Shown piece after piece: positions 16,361-28,369 of a stretch of 64,000 nt of DNA. The translations under genes and the position numbers were made by a program. Under the pieces are notes generated by a model, which did no database searches, was not told where the DNA came from, and was given only the letters and a program-made list of their open reading frames with translations. The stretch comes from Takakia lepidozioides (taxonomy: Eukaryota; Plantae; Bryophyta), in the NCBI GenBank assembly GCA_030704615.1, contig CM060733.1, positions 186,001-250,000 on the forward strand. Reading direction: 5' to 3'. Within the stretch, counting starts at the first letter, position 1. Each line of letters begins with the position of its first letter.

Positions 16361-17707
16361 TCAGTCAAGGTCTTCACTTGTACTGCTGTCTGTCTGATCA
16401 TCCTGGCTATCTTGATAGCTTTTAAGTTCACTTTCAACTGACTGTGCAGAAGCTTTCACTCCCAGAAGCTGAGCAAACCGCTCCTTGGCCACTACTAATG
16501 CATGCTTCTGTAGAAGCTTACGCCCCTGGTACGCCTCCCGCAAAAATATTGTATCCATGTTTCCAATTGATGATACATAGAAGAGATGGGGGTGCCTGGA
16601 CACCAAGGCCTTTATCTTATATGAAAAAGTAAACTCTTCACTGAAATTTAAGAGATGATCCACAATTATTCTCTTTTCTAGCGTGAGATTCAAAAGCTCC
16701 TCGATCCCAGCAACCGCATGTCTTTCAAATCTGATTTCCAGAGAGTCGAGGTCACGGGGGTCCTGATAGGGTGACATGAATGGCGTCCTTCGAAATCTAC
16801 ACAACATCTTCTTGTGTCTCTTTGACAGCTTGTAGTCCTTCGCCAAATAGATATTTTCCCTTGGAACCCCCTCACCTGCGGTAGAGTCAGAAATACCAGG
16901 TTGTGTGAAAAAACAACATACTTGCACAGGGGAGTGCGAATCAGCATGCGGGTCTGTTTGGAGGGTTCAAAAAGTTTGTCTGTGAAGACATGGACACTGA
17001 CCGGAGCTTTCAAGTCGAGATTGTTGGAGGTCCTTCATCTCCGCTACACTGACCGCCAAACGCGAGTCCCACGAAGTAAGCACCAGCCATGGAACGCCCT
17101 CCTCAATCTCCACATCAAAATATTGAGGATACCCAAAAACCAACGCACACTGGAAATCATCTGGCAGGCCCAAATCAGTTGCCAGATGCCCTAATGGTTC
17201 AAGAGGAAGTCGCCTGCGGATGGACAACATTAACACTTTTCTTAGCACCTTGACGGATCTATCCTCATTCTCTCGTTTTAGGTTTATCTCCTCTTGGTAT
17301 AGTCTTTCAGCCTCGGGTGTGAGTCGAAAGCCGTTTGAATGTGCGCCCTTTTTCACCACTTCAAAGACAGTCGGGTACTTCCTTAGATATTCGGACAGGC
17401 TCTTCTCCTCCCTCATCCCAATGAACTCGCAGTTTCCTTCCAGATCCTGAATCTCCATATACCACCCAGGCCTCCTCACTAGAAGGTCTCTAACGCGCAA
17501 GATAGTTCTGAGCTGTTTCTCTCTCTCTAGCAACATATCGAATGGGATCTCTTTCCCATTCTTAAATCCGGGCTCTGTCGATGGGACAAGATAAACATGC
17601 CTGGATTTGGGCCATTCTTGTGTTTTCAATCCTTGCGTTCGAAGTATACCCGGGTGATGTCGCAGAAAGGCTGCTGTTATTGCAGCCCAGGCCCTCGTTG
17701 CAGCCAT
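16361..17707 (-). CDS. PORR (plant organelle RNA recognition) domain protein; exons 17707-17002 and 16875-16361
   Basis: PORR motifs LRKYPTVFEV, LRKVLMLS..RRLPL, DLGLPDDF, YPQYF, PFMSPY, ELLNLTLEK, HPHLFYVS, FLREAY. A 126-bp GT-AG intron joins the two ORFs in frame; transit-peptide-like N-terminus. Confidence 0.88.
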
Positions 17708-19089
17708 CGCTGCATCAAAACCAATGTGGAGGTAGAATGTAGACAGACACAATAATGTGAGCCGAAAAGCAAGACAACCAACACTTGGTCACTGTAGCCT
17801 CTCTCGCCGCCCTATGCAAATCATGTGTGTGCAGGTTTGGTAGACCCCGGTTTTTCGGTGTTCAAATCCTGCTACCTTGTGTGTGTGGTTTGGTTCTGGT
17901 GCCAGTGCCACTGATAGACTATAAACACTATCTACTCAGTTCGCATAAGCATTCTCCGCTGCTTCTTTTGGCTGTACTGTAGTCCTCAGATATCAGCGGG
18001 CTTCGTGATCTGCATCTTCTTCATGCACTTGGACCCAAGTTTCTTAGACTCCTGGAAAAGCTTTGATTTGCCTCCTGCAGTTTCCCCAACTGCAGATAAT
18101 TTGATACAGGGTTTGCCTCCTGCGTCGTGACGACTTCGGAATTGCGGTTACTGGTTTCAATGTGCAGGATAACAGCTGGATGGCGACCATTTACACACTG
18201 ATAAGTTGGCCGGAGGCTGATCAGTGTTACGTGCAAGCATCCATCTTGTAGTTTGTAGAGTTTAGCGTGCGAGAAGCTGGTGCTGAAAGCTTCATGTTTT
18301 GACATTAGAGAAAGAGAGCAACAAGTCTGTGACCCCATTTGCAGACGAAGCAAAGACATGACATGTTGGTGACTTGCATTTTGGGGTGTGAGCACAAATC
18401 TACGCTACCGTCCCTGGACAACCGTTTAGGCATTATTGCGCCTAATAATAAAATCAATCAATCAGAAAATTAGGCATGTTTTGAAAACAATTTCTCAAAT
18501 TAGGCATCTTCATGCTATAATTTTTTAGAATTAGGCACATGAGAAGAGAAAACATTTATTTTCCTAAGAATACAATTACAAAATAGACACCCAATGCCCA
18601 TGGGCCCTTCCAGGCTCCTGCTACCTTTCATTTCTTTTGAAACCCTAAAAATGCCCCTCTTTGTGCGGTGCTCCAAGGCTCAAGCTGGTATAGGCAAGCT
18701 CTCCCTTCGCTCTCACACTTTAGGTGAGTTCAATATTGATACTCCACACTAGTGTAGGCACGTTGGTGCAGGGTTTGGTACATTGGTCATTGGGTAGGCA
18801 CGCTGGTTCAGGGCTTTGATACATTGGTCATTGGGTACACCGGTTTTCATATTGGTATGCTGGTGCATGGTGAAACCTCTTACATAATGGTACTCTTGAG
18901 TTGTGGTAGGCTGGTAGGCTAGTTGTTTCCGCATGCATATATGTATTGATTTTTGTTCAAAGAAATTTTGATCTTATTACAAACAACATGAGAATGTTGG
19001 CAGATTGCAAATAGAGTTTTGAAGGTTGGGCATTTTCTGAACTTCAAGAGGCTATTCTTTGCAGATGCTGCCCCATTGGGGTTATTGAG

Positions 19090-19390
19090 TCTTTGGAACA
19101 CTGCCTTATTTTCTGTAGAGGGCCGTCATCCATCTGGCCCTTGGTATTGTCACTTTACAGGGTCTGGTCAGACACCGCTCAGGACCCCATAGCCCTCTTG
19201 CTTAATTACAACCAAACAACCAAGTCCAAGGTGTCCACATGCCCAGTATTCGAGGCTCTCCGCTCGGCAACGCTGTGGCAAATTTGGAAGGCTCGGTGCA
19301 GATGGACATTAAACAATGCCTCCTCCTCCTGTACATAAATCCTTGTTTGTGTTTTCTATGATGTTACTATTGCAGCTAAGTTGACCTAGC
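19090..19390 (+). mobile_element. L1-type LINE 3' remnant (zf-RVT region)
   Basis: EHCLIFC...IW and LRSATLWQIWKARC motifs typical of plant L1 ORF2 C-termini. Confidence 0.55.
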
Positions 19391-19395
19391 AAAAA

Positions 19396-22356
19396 CTATG
19401 TGCACGCCTCCTTCAGAGCATCTTGGGGAAGAGGAGGAATCATTTGTTGCAGCAATGATACGGGTGCAGCTGGGGGGTTCAACATTGGTCCAAGAACAGG
19501 AGGGGTTGTCGCTAAGGCATGAGGTACATATACTACCATAGGTAATGGAGAACCACCATCAAATTGAGCTGGAACTGCGGGAATGGATATTGGCGGAGCA
19601 ACAAGGGAGGTAGCAACTGGTGGAGTGACATGAAATATAGGATCTGAAACTTGTGAGGGGCCTCCACCTATGGTACTGTGCAACACAACTGTATCAGAAT
19701 CAGACTGGGAGTCGGCCCCGCATCAGTTTCAAATCCCTGTGACCCCAATTCTGAGTCTGATGAGAGGGTTGCCACATGTCCAGTATTTTGGGCACCATCT
19801 CTTTCAACCTTCACATCCACATAAGGAGGAACAACAGTGGATGGGATTGTCAAGTCCACAACATCTTCATGTGTACTTTGTAGCGTATGTGTCGTGACAA
19901 TCTCTGGAACAAATGCAGCCTGCAGTGGAGATCCAGGAATCTTCTTTGGTGGAGAACCAGGAATGAGGAACTTCTTGACATAACCCTTTCCTGAAGCTGA
20001 AACCTCTTGCATGATGGTATCAGGTGTGACATCAACCTCAGGGTTCAACGGATCACCAACAATTGGTGCAACGATCCCCGGCCGCGACAGCCCCACAGGT
20101 GACATTTGAAGAGTTGATGAGCTTGGAGTTCGAGGGAAGTTTTGGTTCACAGCACTACCACCATGTCCACTTTGGCCTCCACTATAGTTGGTGGTGAATG
20201 CGCTATAGTTGATGGTGGCCTCAGATGGAGGTCCTGGTCTTCGTTTGTTGGCATCAATGAAGCCATCATCTGCTATCACACCTACACCATTACAACTGGT
20301 TTGAGAAGGCTGAATTATCACTTGGTGCCTAGTGTCTACCAATACAACATTAACTGTAATTTGAGTCCAGACAAGTCATTGTAGTCCTTACCATTGGCCG
20401 AAGTCCCAACAGTTGGACTACAATAATTATGTGTAGAGTGCACAGTCCATCATAATGGACTTTTTGTCCCCCATATTAGACTTCCAAGTTCTATGCAGCT
20501 GATGATGGGACTACAAGCAAGATTCACACTCCCTAATTAGGACTCACACTCCATCTGGGCCACGACTCAGATTCCAAGTTGAGAAGCAAGCTCCTCAATA
20601 AGGACTCGCATTCCATATCCATTATTTTGCAGTTGGACTCACACTCCACATGATTAAGCACATGATATGACCCTCCACAGGACTCTGATTCCAAACTGGA
20701 AATCAGTGGAAATCATTAAGGACTCATACTCCCAGTAATTAGTCAGCAAGTGGACTCACACTCCCCATGACTAAACACATCGACTCATACTCCACATGAG
20801 TCAGCACTTGGACTCACACTCCACATGACTGAAGACTCAGAATTCTACTTAAGAATGACACTCCTCAATAAGGACTCCCCAGTAAGGATTCACTCCACTA
20901 AAAGGACAAATAATAACATTTGCAGTCCCACATTCAGACTCATAGTGAGTTGAAGGGGTTGAAGATCCAATCTTGGGACTACAGTCCTAAGGATTGGACA
21001 TGAAGAGGTACAGCCTTGGACCACACAAGTTTTCTGAAGAAGAAAACATGGAAATGTTGCAATCAATCTTACCTGGAACTTGGGTGTTTCTAACCCTGGC
21101 TTCGTGAAGTTGTTTTGTCATCCACCTTTGGCGCATTTCAACCACTCTCAGCTTTTCCGCAAGTGCATGCACCTCTGGGTCAAGAATCCTAAACCCAAAA
21201 CTAGAACACCAATCAGGATGCATGATCTCTGAACAGCTGAAGTCCCTACACCTTTGACGTCTTCATATGGGATGCCATACAAGCAGGATGGTAAGTGTGC
21301 TTACAAGATGCCACCACCATGTCCCAACAGTGGAAACCTTTGTGGCAAAACAGGGCAAGGAGAGACCTTCAGGAAATCCTTGATGGACGTACTATCTTTG
21401 ATCACTTGAGGATGACATATAGGCATAGGATAGATGGCGAGTCATTTGTCCCCATTTGTCAAGGCCTCAATCTGATCTTGGATAAGACTCCTCTCTGTGT
21501 CAGCAACATCGACCACATTCTCTGCCACTCTAATGTCCCTATCTTTTTGGTCCCCTGCATCACACAAAGCATTGAACTCTTTTTCGGTCTTATCAGCATT
21601 GAGCCAAAATTCTGCTTCAATTGATTTCTTCTGGTCAAGTTCCCTTTGCATCTCAGACTGTCTTCCCTTTCCACAATTCAGTAACCCAACACTCTCTTCC
21701 CCTTTTTGCATTAAGGTCTCTTCCCCGGCTCGGATTGTGGCACCCTCGTGGGAGAGTTTGGCCTCTAGGTCTGCAATCTTGTTCCGACACTCTGCAAGAC
21801 ACCATTGTCCGTCTTCCATTTGCACCCGAACAGTCCGCGTCTTCTCCATCAAGTCCAACTTCCCTTTCTTTAACCTCTCCAACTCTTCCTTTGCCCCACA
21901 CATCTCCTCATACTTCAAATCATGTAGTTCATGAAGACTCGCTAGGGCAGTTGCCACATACTCTTGCTCATGTTTTTTCCTTTCCATCTCTGCAATCACT
22001 TGCTCAGGCGTTTGTTTCAGTCCTTCTTTGCCTCTACTTGGGGTTTTGCGTAGCCTGTCTTTCACCTCACACACTCCTAGCTTTGGCTTACTGTCTGTGC
22101 TGCCAGGGTCCTTTGCTTCTCGATGCTCCTTCATTCTTTCTTGTTGCTTAGCTGTCCATGCCGCGTATGCTGCCCAATTGAGTTTTTGTCCAGTCCTTTT
22201 TTCATAGACAATGCCCTTTGCCATCAAGTTTGCAATGATACCACCGGTTGGCTTACAATCATACCCATGAACCCCCGGGGGGTGCACTCCAGCCAATATG
22301 TACCAGCCACGTGCGTGCACAGGAGGGGGTATTTTAAACCCCTCCATGTACAACAT
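19396..22356 (-). pseudogene. Decayed TE-associated gene: coiled-coil + RING-H2 finger + low-complexity Pro/Ser tail
   Basis: ORF 21442-22356 (LNWAAYAAW then a long heptad region) continues past a stop and frameshifts into CPVC-HKGFHCWDMVVAS-CKHTYHPAC-...-RCRDFSC-SEIMHPDW (21200-21365). Assigning the downstream ORFs 19396-20342 to the same gene is inferred. Confidence 0.55.
20510..20945. repeat. Degenerate tandem repeats of GGACTCACACTCC
   Basis: More than ten copies of ggactcacactcc / gactcatactcc / gactcagattcc variants. Confidence 0.8.
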
Positions 22357-22949
22357 TATACATATAGAGGGGGGTTTATATCACCTTAAATATAATCTTA
22401 CAGGAGGGGGTTACTAAGTTTTAGGAGTAGTCTAGTGGTAAGGGCGTAGAATGTGGCGTGACACATCGCGGGATCAAATCGCGATGCAATGTTTTTTTGC
22501 TTTTCTTTTTTTTCTTTTCTCCCCGCGATCTGTCTCCCGCGGGCTCTCTTTTCCCTCCTCCCCCGCACCCCTTCCGTGTCAGCATGGTCTTAGCATGCCA
22601 TGAGCTTTGTGACCCCCTCTCTTTCTTGTTTCTTTTTTCCTCTTATCCCATAAGATCTTTGAGCTTCCTGCAGCCATTGTGAAGTACAATCGCATTCTAC
22701 CAAGATTTGGCGTTTGCGGAATAGTGGCACCTTTCCATGGCCTAAGCATACTCAACAAGGCCTGGCTCCGGAGGCTGAGACAGAAGCTTCAGTTCATCTT
22801 GTGGCTCCTGAGAAACCTGGTCGCTATCTCTCATTGGCGTCTGGTAGCACCTGCTGGTCCTAAGTTTGGTCATCGGGTTTGGGTTTTGATTCAGGTATGT
22901 CCAAACTGATTGCTTTTCTTTCGTTCTGTTCCTCTGCGCCTCTCCACCT

Positions 22950-25900
22950 ATCCTCAGCCTCAAGACTTTCAAAGTTGGTAAACAAGGGTATAGGCACAAT
23001 TCCCTTGATAGAATTGAAGAGAGCGTCTCTTTGGTGAGAGAACCCCGGACAGTGTATCAGAAAACGAATATTGTCTTTAGGTTCCCCACACAACGGACAA
23101 TTGCACTCTCCCTTTCCTCTCTGCTTCTGTTTGATGTTCAAAGGTAGGCTTCCTGCCCTGAGTTTAAATTTCAGTCTGGTGCCGAGGGTGGGTAGACCCT
23201 TGAGGTCATCCAAGATGTCCACCCCCATGTCACTAACTGGAACAAGTTCAGGGAAGTTCTCTACCTAACTTCATTTTCATCAGACAATCTCATGGCAACA
23301 GACATGGCTTCAGACACTACAACCTCTAAGTCAGATTTATCCAGCAGGGTCAAGACTTGAGGATCCAGGTCAAGGTCCTTGAGAATCTTTTCTACTCTCT
23401 TCTGCCAGGACTTTGCATGTTTGACAGGGTTTAGGGTTTCCAAGATATAGAGTCGATTAACTTAGGATATCTGGTGTTGGGCATATGTTGCAGCTGACCC
23501 CACCATCTGACCTTGATTTCATCTCGTCGGGAGCTTAAGGATGGAGTGCCAAACTCACCCCGAACAGCCACATTGGCTGTTTTGGAGCATGCTGACATAC
23601 ACTCCTTAAGCGCCTCCACTTGAATGGATTCTAGAGACTTAGCCTGCCTGGAGTTATCAACCCATATAGCAGATCCGTACTCCAAGGCAGGTCTACTAAC
23701 GCGAGAAAGCATGGTTTTCTTAACCTCAGAGTTGACCTCTGTGCAGTGGAAAAATTTAGTGAGCCCCAGAGCTTTGCCCACTGAGCTTTGCCCCAGAGCT
23801 TTGCCCATTCGGTGAGAGAACCCCGGACAGTGTATCAGAAAATGAATATTGTCTTCAGATTGCCCACACAATGGGAAGTGCACTCCCCCTTTCTTCTCTG
23901 CTTCTGTTTGTTGTTCAAAGGTAGGCTTCTTGCCCTGAGTTTAAATTTCAGTCTAGTGTCGAGAGTGGGTGGACCCTTGAGGTCATCCAAGATGTCCACC
24001 CCCATGTCACTAACTGGAACAAGTTCAGGGAAGTTCTCTACCTAACTTCATTTTCATCAGACAATCTCATGGCAACAGACATGGCTTCAGACACTACAGC
24101 TTCTAAGTCAAATTTATCCAGCAGGGTCAAGACTTGCGGATCCAGGTCAAGGTCCTTGAGAATCTTTTCTACTCTCTTCTGCCAGGACTTCGCCTGTTTG
24201 ACAGGGTTTAGGGTTTCCAAGATATAGAGTCGATTAACTTAGGATATCTGGTGTTGGGCATATGTTGCAGCTGACCCCACCATCTGACCTTGATTTCATC
24301 TCGTCGGGAGCTTAATGATGGAATGCCAAACTCACCCCGAACAGCCACATTGGCTGTTTTGGAGCATGCTGACATACACTCCTTAGGCGCCCCCACTTGA
24401 ATGGATTCTAGAGACTTAGCCTGCCTGGAGTTATCAACCCATATAGCAGATCCGTACTCCAAGGCAGGTCTACTAACGCGAGAAAGCATGGTTTTCTTAA
24501 CCTCAGAGTTGACCCCTGTGCAGTGGAAAAATTTAGTGAGCCCCAGAGCTTTGCCCATTTGGTGAGAGAACCCCAGACAGTGTATCAGAAAATGAATATT
24601 GTCTTCAGATTGCCCACACAATGGGCAGTGCACTCCCCCTTTCCTCTCTGCTTCTGTTTGTTGTTCAAAGGTAGGCTTCCTGCCCTGAGTTTAAATTTCA
24701 GTCTAGTGCCGAGAGTGGGTGGACCCTTGAGGTCATCCAAGATGTCCACCCCCATGTCACTAACTGGAACAAGTTCAGGGAAGTTCTCTACCTAACTTTA
24801 TTTTCATCAGACAATCTCATGGCAACAGACATGGCTTCAGACACTACAGCCTCTAAGTCAAATTTATCCAGCAGGGTCAAGACTTGCGGATCCAGGTCAA
24901 GGTCCTTGAGAATCTTTTCTACTCTCTTCTGCCAGGACTTCGCCTGTTTGACAGGGTTTAGGGTTTCCAAGATATAGAGTCGATTAACTTAGGATATCTG
25001 GTGTTGGGCATATGTTGCAGCTGACCCCACCATCTGACCTTGATTTCATCTTGTCGGGAGCTTAATGATGGAATGCCAAACTCACCCCGAACAGCCACAT
25101 TGGCTGTTTTGGAGCATGCTGACATACACTCCTTAGGCGCCCCCACTTGAATGGATTCTAGAGACTTAGCCTGCCTGGAGTTATCAACCCATATAGCAGA
25201 TCCGTACTCCAAGGCAGGTCTACTAACGCGAGAAAGCATGGTTTTCTTAACCTCAGAGTTGACCCCTGTGCAGTGGAAAAATTTAGTGAGCCCCAGAGCT
25301 TTGCCCATTTGGTGAGAGAACCCCAGACAGTGTATCAGAAAATGAATATTGTCTTCAGATTGCCCACACAATGGGCAGTGCACTCCCCCTTTCCTCTCTG
25401 CTTCTGTTTGTTGTTCAAAGGTAGGCTTCCTGCCCTGAGTTTAAATTTCAGTCTAGTGCCGAGAGTGGGTGGACCCTTGAGGTCATCCAAGATGTCCACC
25501 CCCATGTCACTAACTGGAACAAGTTCAGGGAAGTTCTCTACCTAACTTTTTTTTTCATCAGACAATCTCATGGCAACATACATGGCTTCAGACACTACAG
25601 CCTCTAAGTCAAATTTATCCAGCAGGGTCAAGACTTGCGGATCCAGGTCAAGGTCCTTGAGAATCTTTTCTACTCTCTTCTGCCAGGACTTCGCCTGTTT
25701 GACAGGGTTTAGGGTTTCCAAGATATAGAGTCGATTAACTTAGGATATCTGGTGTTGGGCATATGTTGCAGCTGACCCCACCATCTGACCTTGATTTCAT
25801 CTCGTCGGGAGCTTAAGGATGGAATGCCAAACTCACCCTGAACAGCCACATTGGCTGTTTTGGAGCATGCTGACATACACTCCTTAAGCGCCCCCACTTG

Positions 25901-27555
25901 AATGGATTCTAGAGACTTAGCCTGGTTGGAGTTATCAACCCATATAGCAGATCCGTACTCCAAGGCAGGTCTACTAACGCGAGAAAGCATGGTTTTTGTT
26001 AACCTCAGAGTTGACCCCTGTGCAGTGGAAAAATTTAGTGAGCCCCAGAGCTTTGCCCACTGAGCTTTGCCCCAGAGCTTTGCCCATTTGATGAGAGAAC
26101 CCCGGACAGTGTATCAGAAAATGAATATTGTCTTCACATTGCCCACACAATGGGAAGTGCACTCCCCCTTTCCTCTCTGCTTCTGTTTGTTGTTCAAAGG
26201 TAGGCTTCCTGCCCTGAGTTTAAATTTCAGTCTAGTGCCGAGAGTGGGTGGACCCTTGAGGTCATCCAAGATGTCCACCCCCATGTCACTAACTGGAACA
26301 AGTTCAGGGAAGTTCTCTACCTAACTTCATTTTCATCAGACAATCTCATGGCAACAGACATGGCTTCAGACACTACAGCCTCTAAGTCAGATTTATCTAG
26401 CAGGGTCAAGACTTGCGGATCCAGGTCAAGGTCCTTGAGAATCTATTCTACTCTCTTCTGCCAGGACTTCGCCTGTTTGACAGGGTTTAGGGTTTCCAAG
26501 ATATAGAGTCGATTAACTTAGGATATCTGGTGTTGGGCATATGTTGCAGCTGACCCCACCATCTGACCTTGATTTCATCTCGTCGGGAGCTTAATGATGG
26601 AATGCCAAACTCACCCCGAACAGCCCATTGGCTGTTTTGGAGCATGCTGACATACACTCCTTAAGCGCCCCCACTTGAATGGATTCTAGAGACTTAGCCT
26701 GGTTGGAGTTATCAACCCATATAGCAGATCCGTACTCCAAGGCAGGTCTAATAACGCGAGAAAGCATGGTTTTCTTAACCTCAGAGTTGACCCCTGTGCA
26801 GTGGAAAAATTTAGTGAGCCCCAGAGCTTTGCCCATTTGGTGAGAGAACCCCAGACAGTGTATCAGAAAATGAATATTGTCTTCAGATTGCCCACACAAT
26901 GGGAAGTGCACTCCCCCTTTCCTCTCTGCTTCTGTTTGTTGTTCAAAGGTAGGCTTCCTTCCCTCAGTTTAAATTTTAGTCTAGTGCCGAGAGTGGGTGG
27001 ACCCTTGAGGTCATCCAAGATGTCCTCCCCCATGTCACTGACTAGAAACAAGTTCAGGGAAGTTTTCTGCCTAACTTCATTTTCATCAGACAATCTCATG
27101 GCAACAGACATGGCTTTGGACACTACAGCCTCTAAGTCGGATTTATCCAGCAGGGTCAAGACTTGCGGATCCAGGTCGAGGTCCTTGAGAATCACTTCTA
27201 CTCTGGTGTTGGGAAAACACCTTTTGATCTCAGTCCAAACCAGGAAGTGGTCAGAGGTACCAATATCAGTTCTGTCGATCATCGAAGAGAAACACTCGGG
27301 GAACAAATTTTTGTCCATTATGATATAGTCCACAATGGAACGTTCCCCAGTTTGGGATTTCTCACGAGTCCACTGCACTTGGTCACCTCTTGTCTTGTTA
27401 TTCAAGGTCAAAAGCTGAAGCTCTTCCAGACTGTTAATTAACCGTCTGCCATTAGAATTCAGCTCGTCCTCACCAGAAGACCCAATGATATCGTCCTGAT
27501 GGAGCCCTTTGCCCACTTGCGCATTGAAGTCACCTTGCAATAGCACCACAAACAT
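22950..27555 (-). mobile_element. Deleted LINE (RTE-X-like): APE endonuclease fused to the 3' region, followed by a tandem array of 3' modules
   Basis: Endonuclease motifs GDFNA, N.NG..L, SIVDYII, SDH in ORF 26863-27555 join directly to RVEVILKDLD; no RT catalytic core is visible. Repeated RPALEYGSAIW, AVRGEFG and CCHC motifs follow. Confidence 0.85.
23030..27200 (-). repeat. Tandem array, ~5.5 units of ~750/~779 bp derived from a LINE 3' end
   Basis: Unit junctions (FSH|QMGKALG) near 23808, 24558, 25308, 26088 and 26836. ORFs recur at exact 750-bp offsets (24208/24958). Long units carry an extra GAGCTTTGCCC duplication. Confidence 0.95.
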
Positions 27556-28369
27556 GAAGAGAAGCTTTGGAATCTGACACTTTTCTCCCCCCAGTCAATG
27601 GTGGGACAATGTGGGTGGATGGTCAACTGGAAACTGCAGCGGCAACAGCGCAATTGATAGAGCAAGGCATTGCTGATGAAGGTACCTTCTTCAACACATT
27701 TCAGCCCAAGGTCCTTCTGGTTTGACGTGTTTCAGCCGGTTTTTCCTCTCATCCTCCTCAGCCCTGAAGCATATGTATTGAATTCTGTAAGTTAGCTCGT
27801 TGGGTGGATTTGCGGTGCGTTGGAGTGACTTTGCAAGTTTAGGGCCGAGGTGGCAGCATGACAGGGAGGGGTAGCTGTTGATGCAGGGAGAGGATCGTGG
27901 GTGCAAAATCATCCAAGAGGGCCAGATTTGGAGCAAGGAACAGCGCTGGCAGGAGTTCTATAAATATGATCCACAACGGTGGGACAATATTGTCAACAAG
28001 GTGAGCTTTCTTCATGCAACATCGTAGGGAGTTTGACAGAACTTTGTATTTAAATATGTTAGTGTGGAGGGAGGGGTAGCCGCTGATGCAAGGATGGACT
28101 GTGGGTTCAGGATCACCCAAGAGGGCTACCAGCAGTGGAAGTAGCAGCATTTGGTCAATAGCAGTAGCAAGAATTAGCAACGTCAAACTCATCAATCAGG
28201 TACTTGCTTCTGTATACATTTCATCCTCTTATCAACGTAGTCCCTGCTTGGACAGCCTATAGGGTTGTATAAAACAAAACTTTGGAACCTTCCAACCCAG
28301 GTGCTTTGTTATTGGTCTATCAAGGTCTGATTTGAAATGTTTTCATTGCATTTTGCAGGTGAACTCATC

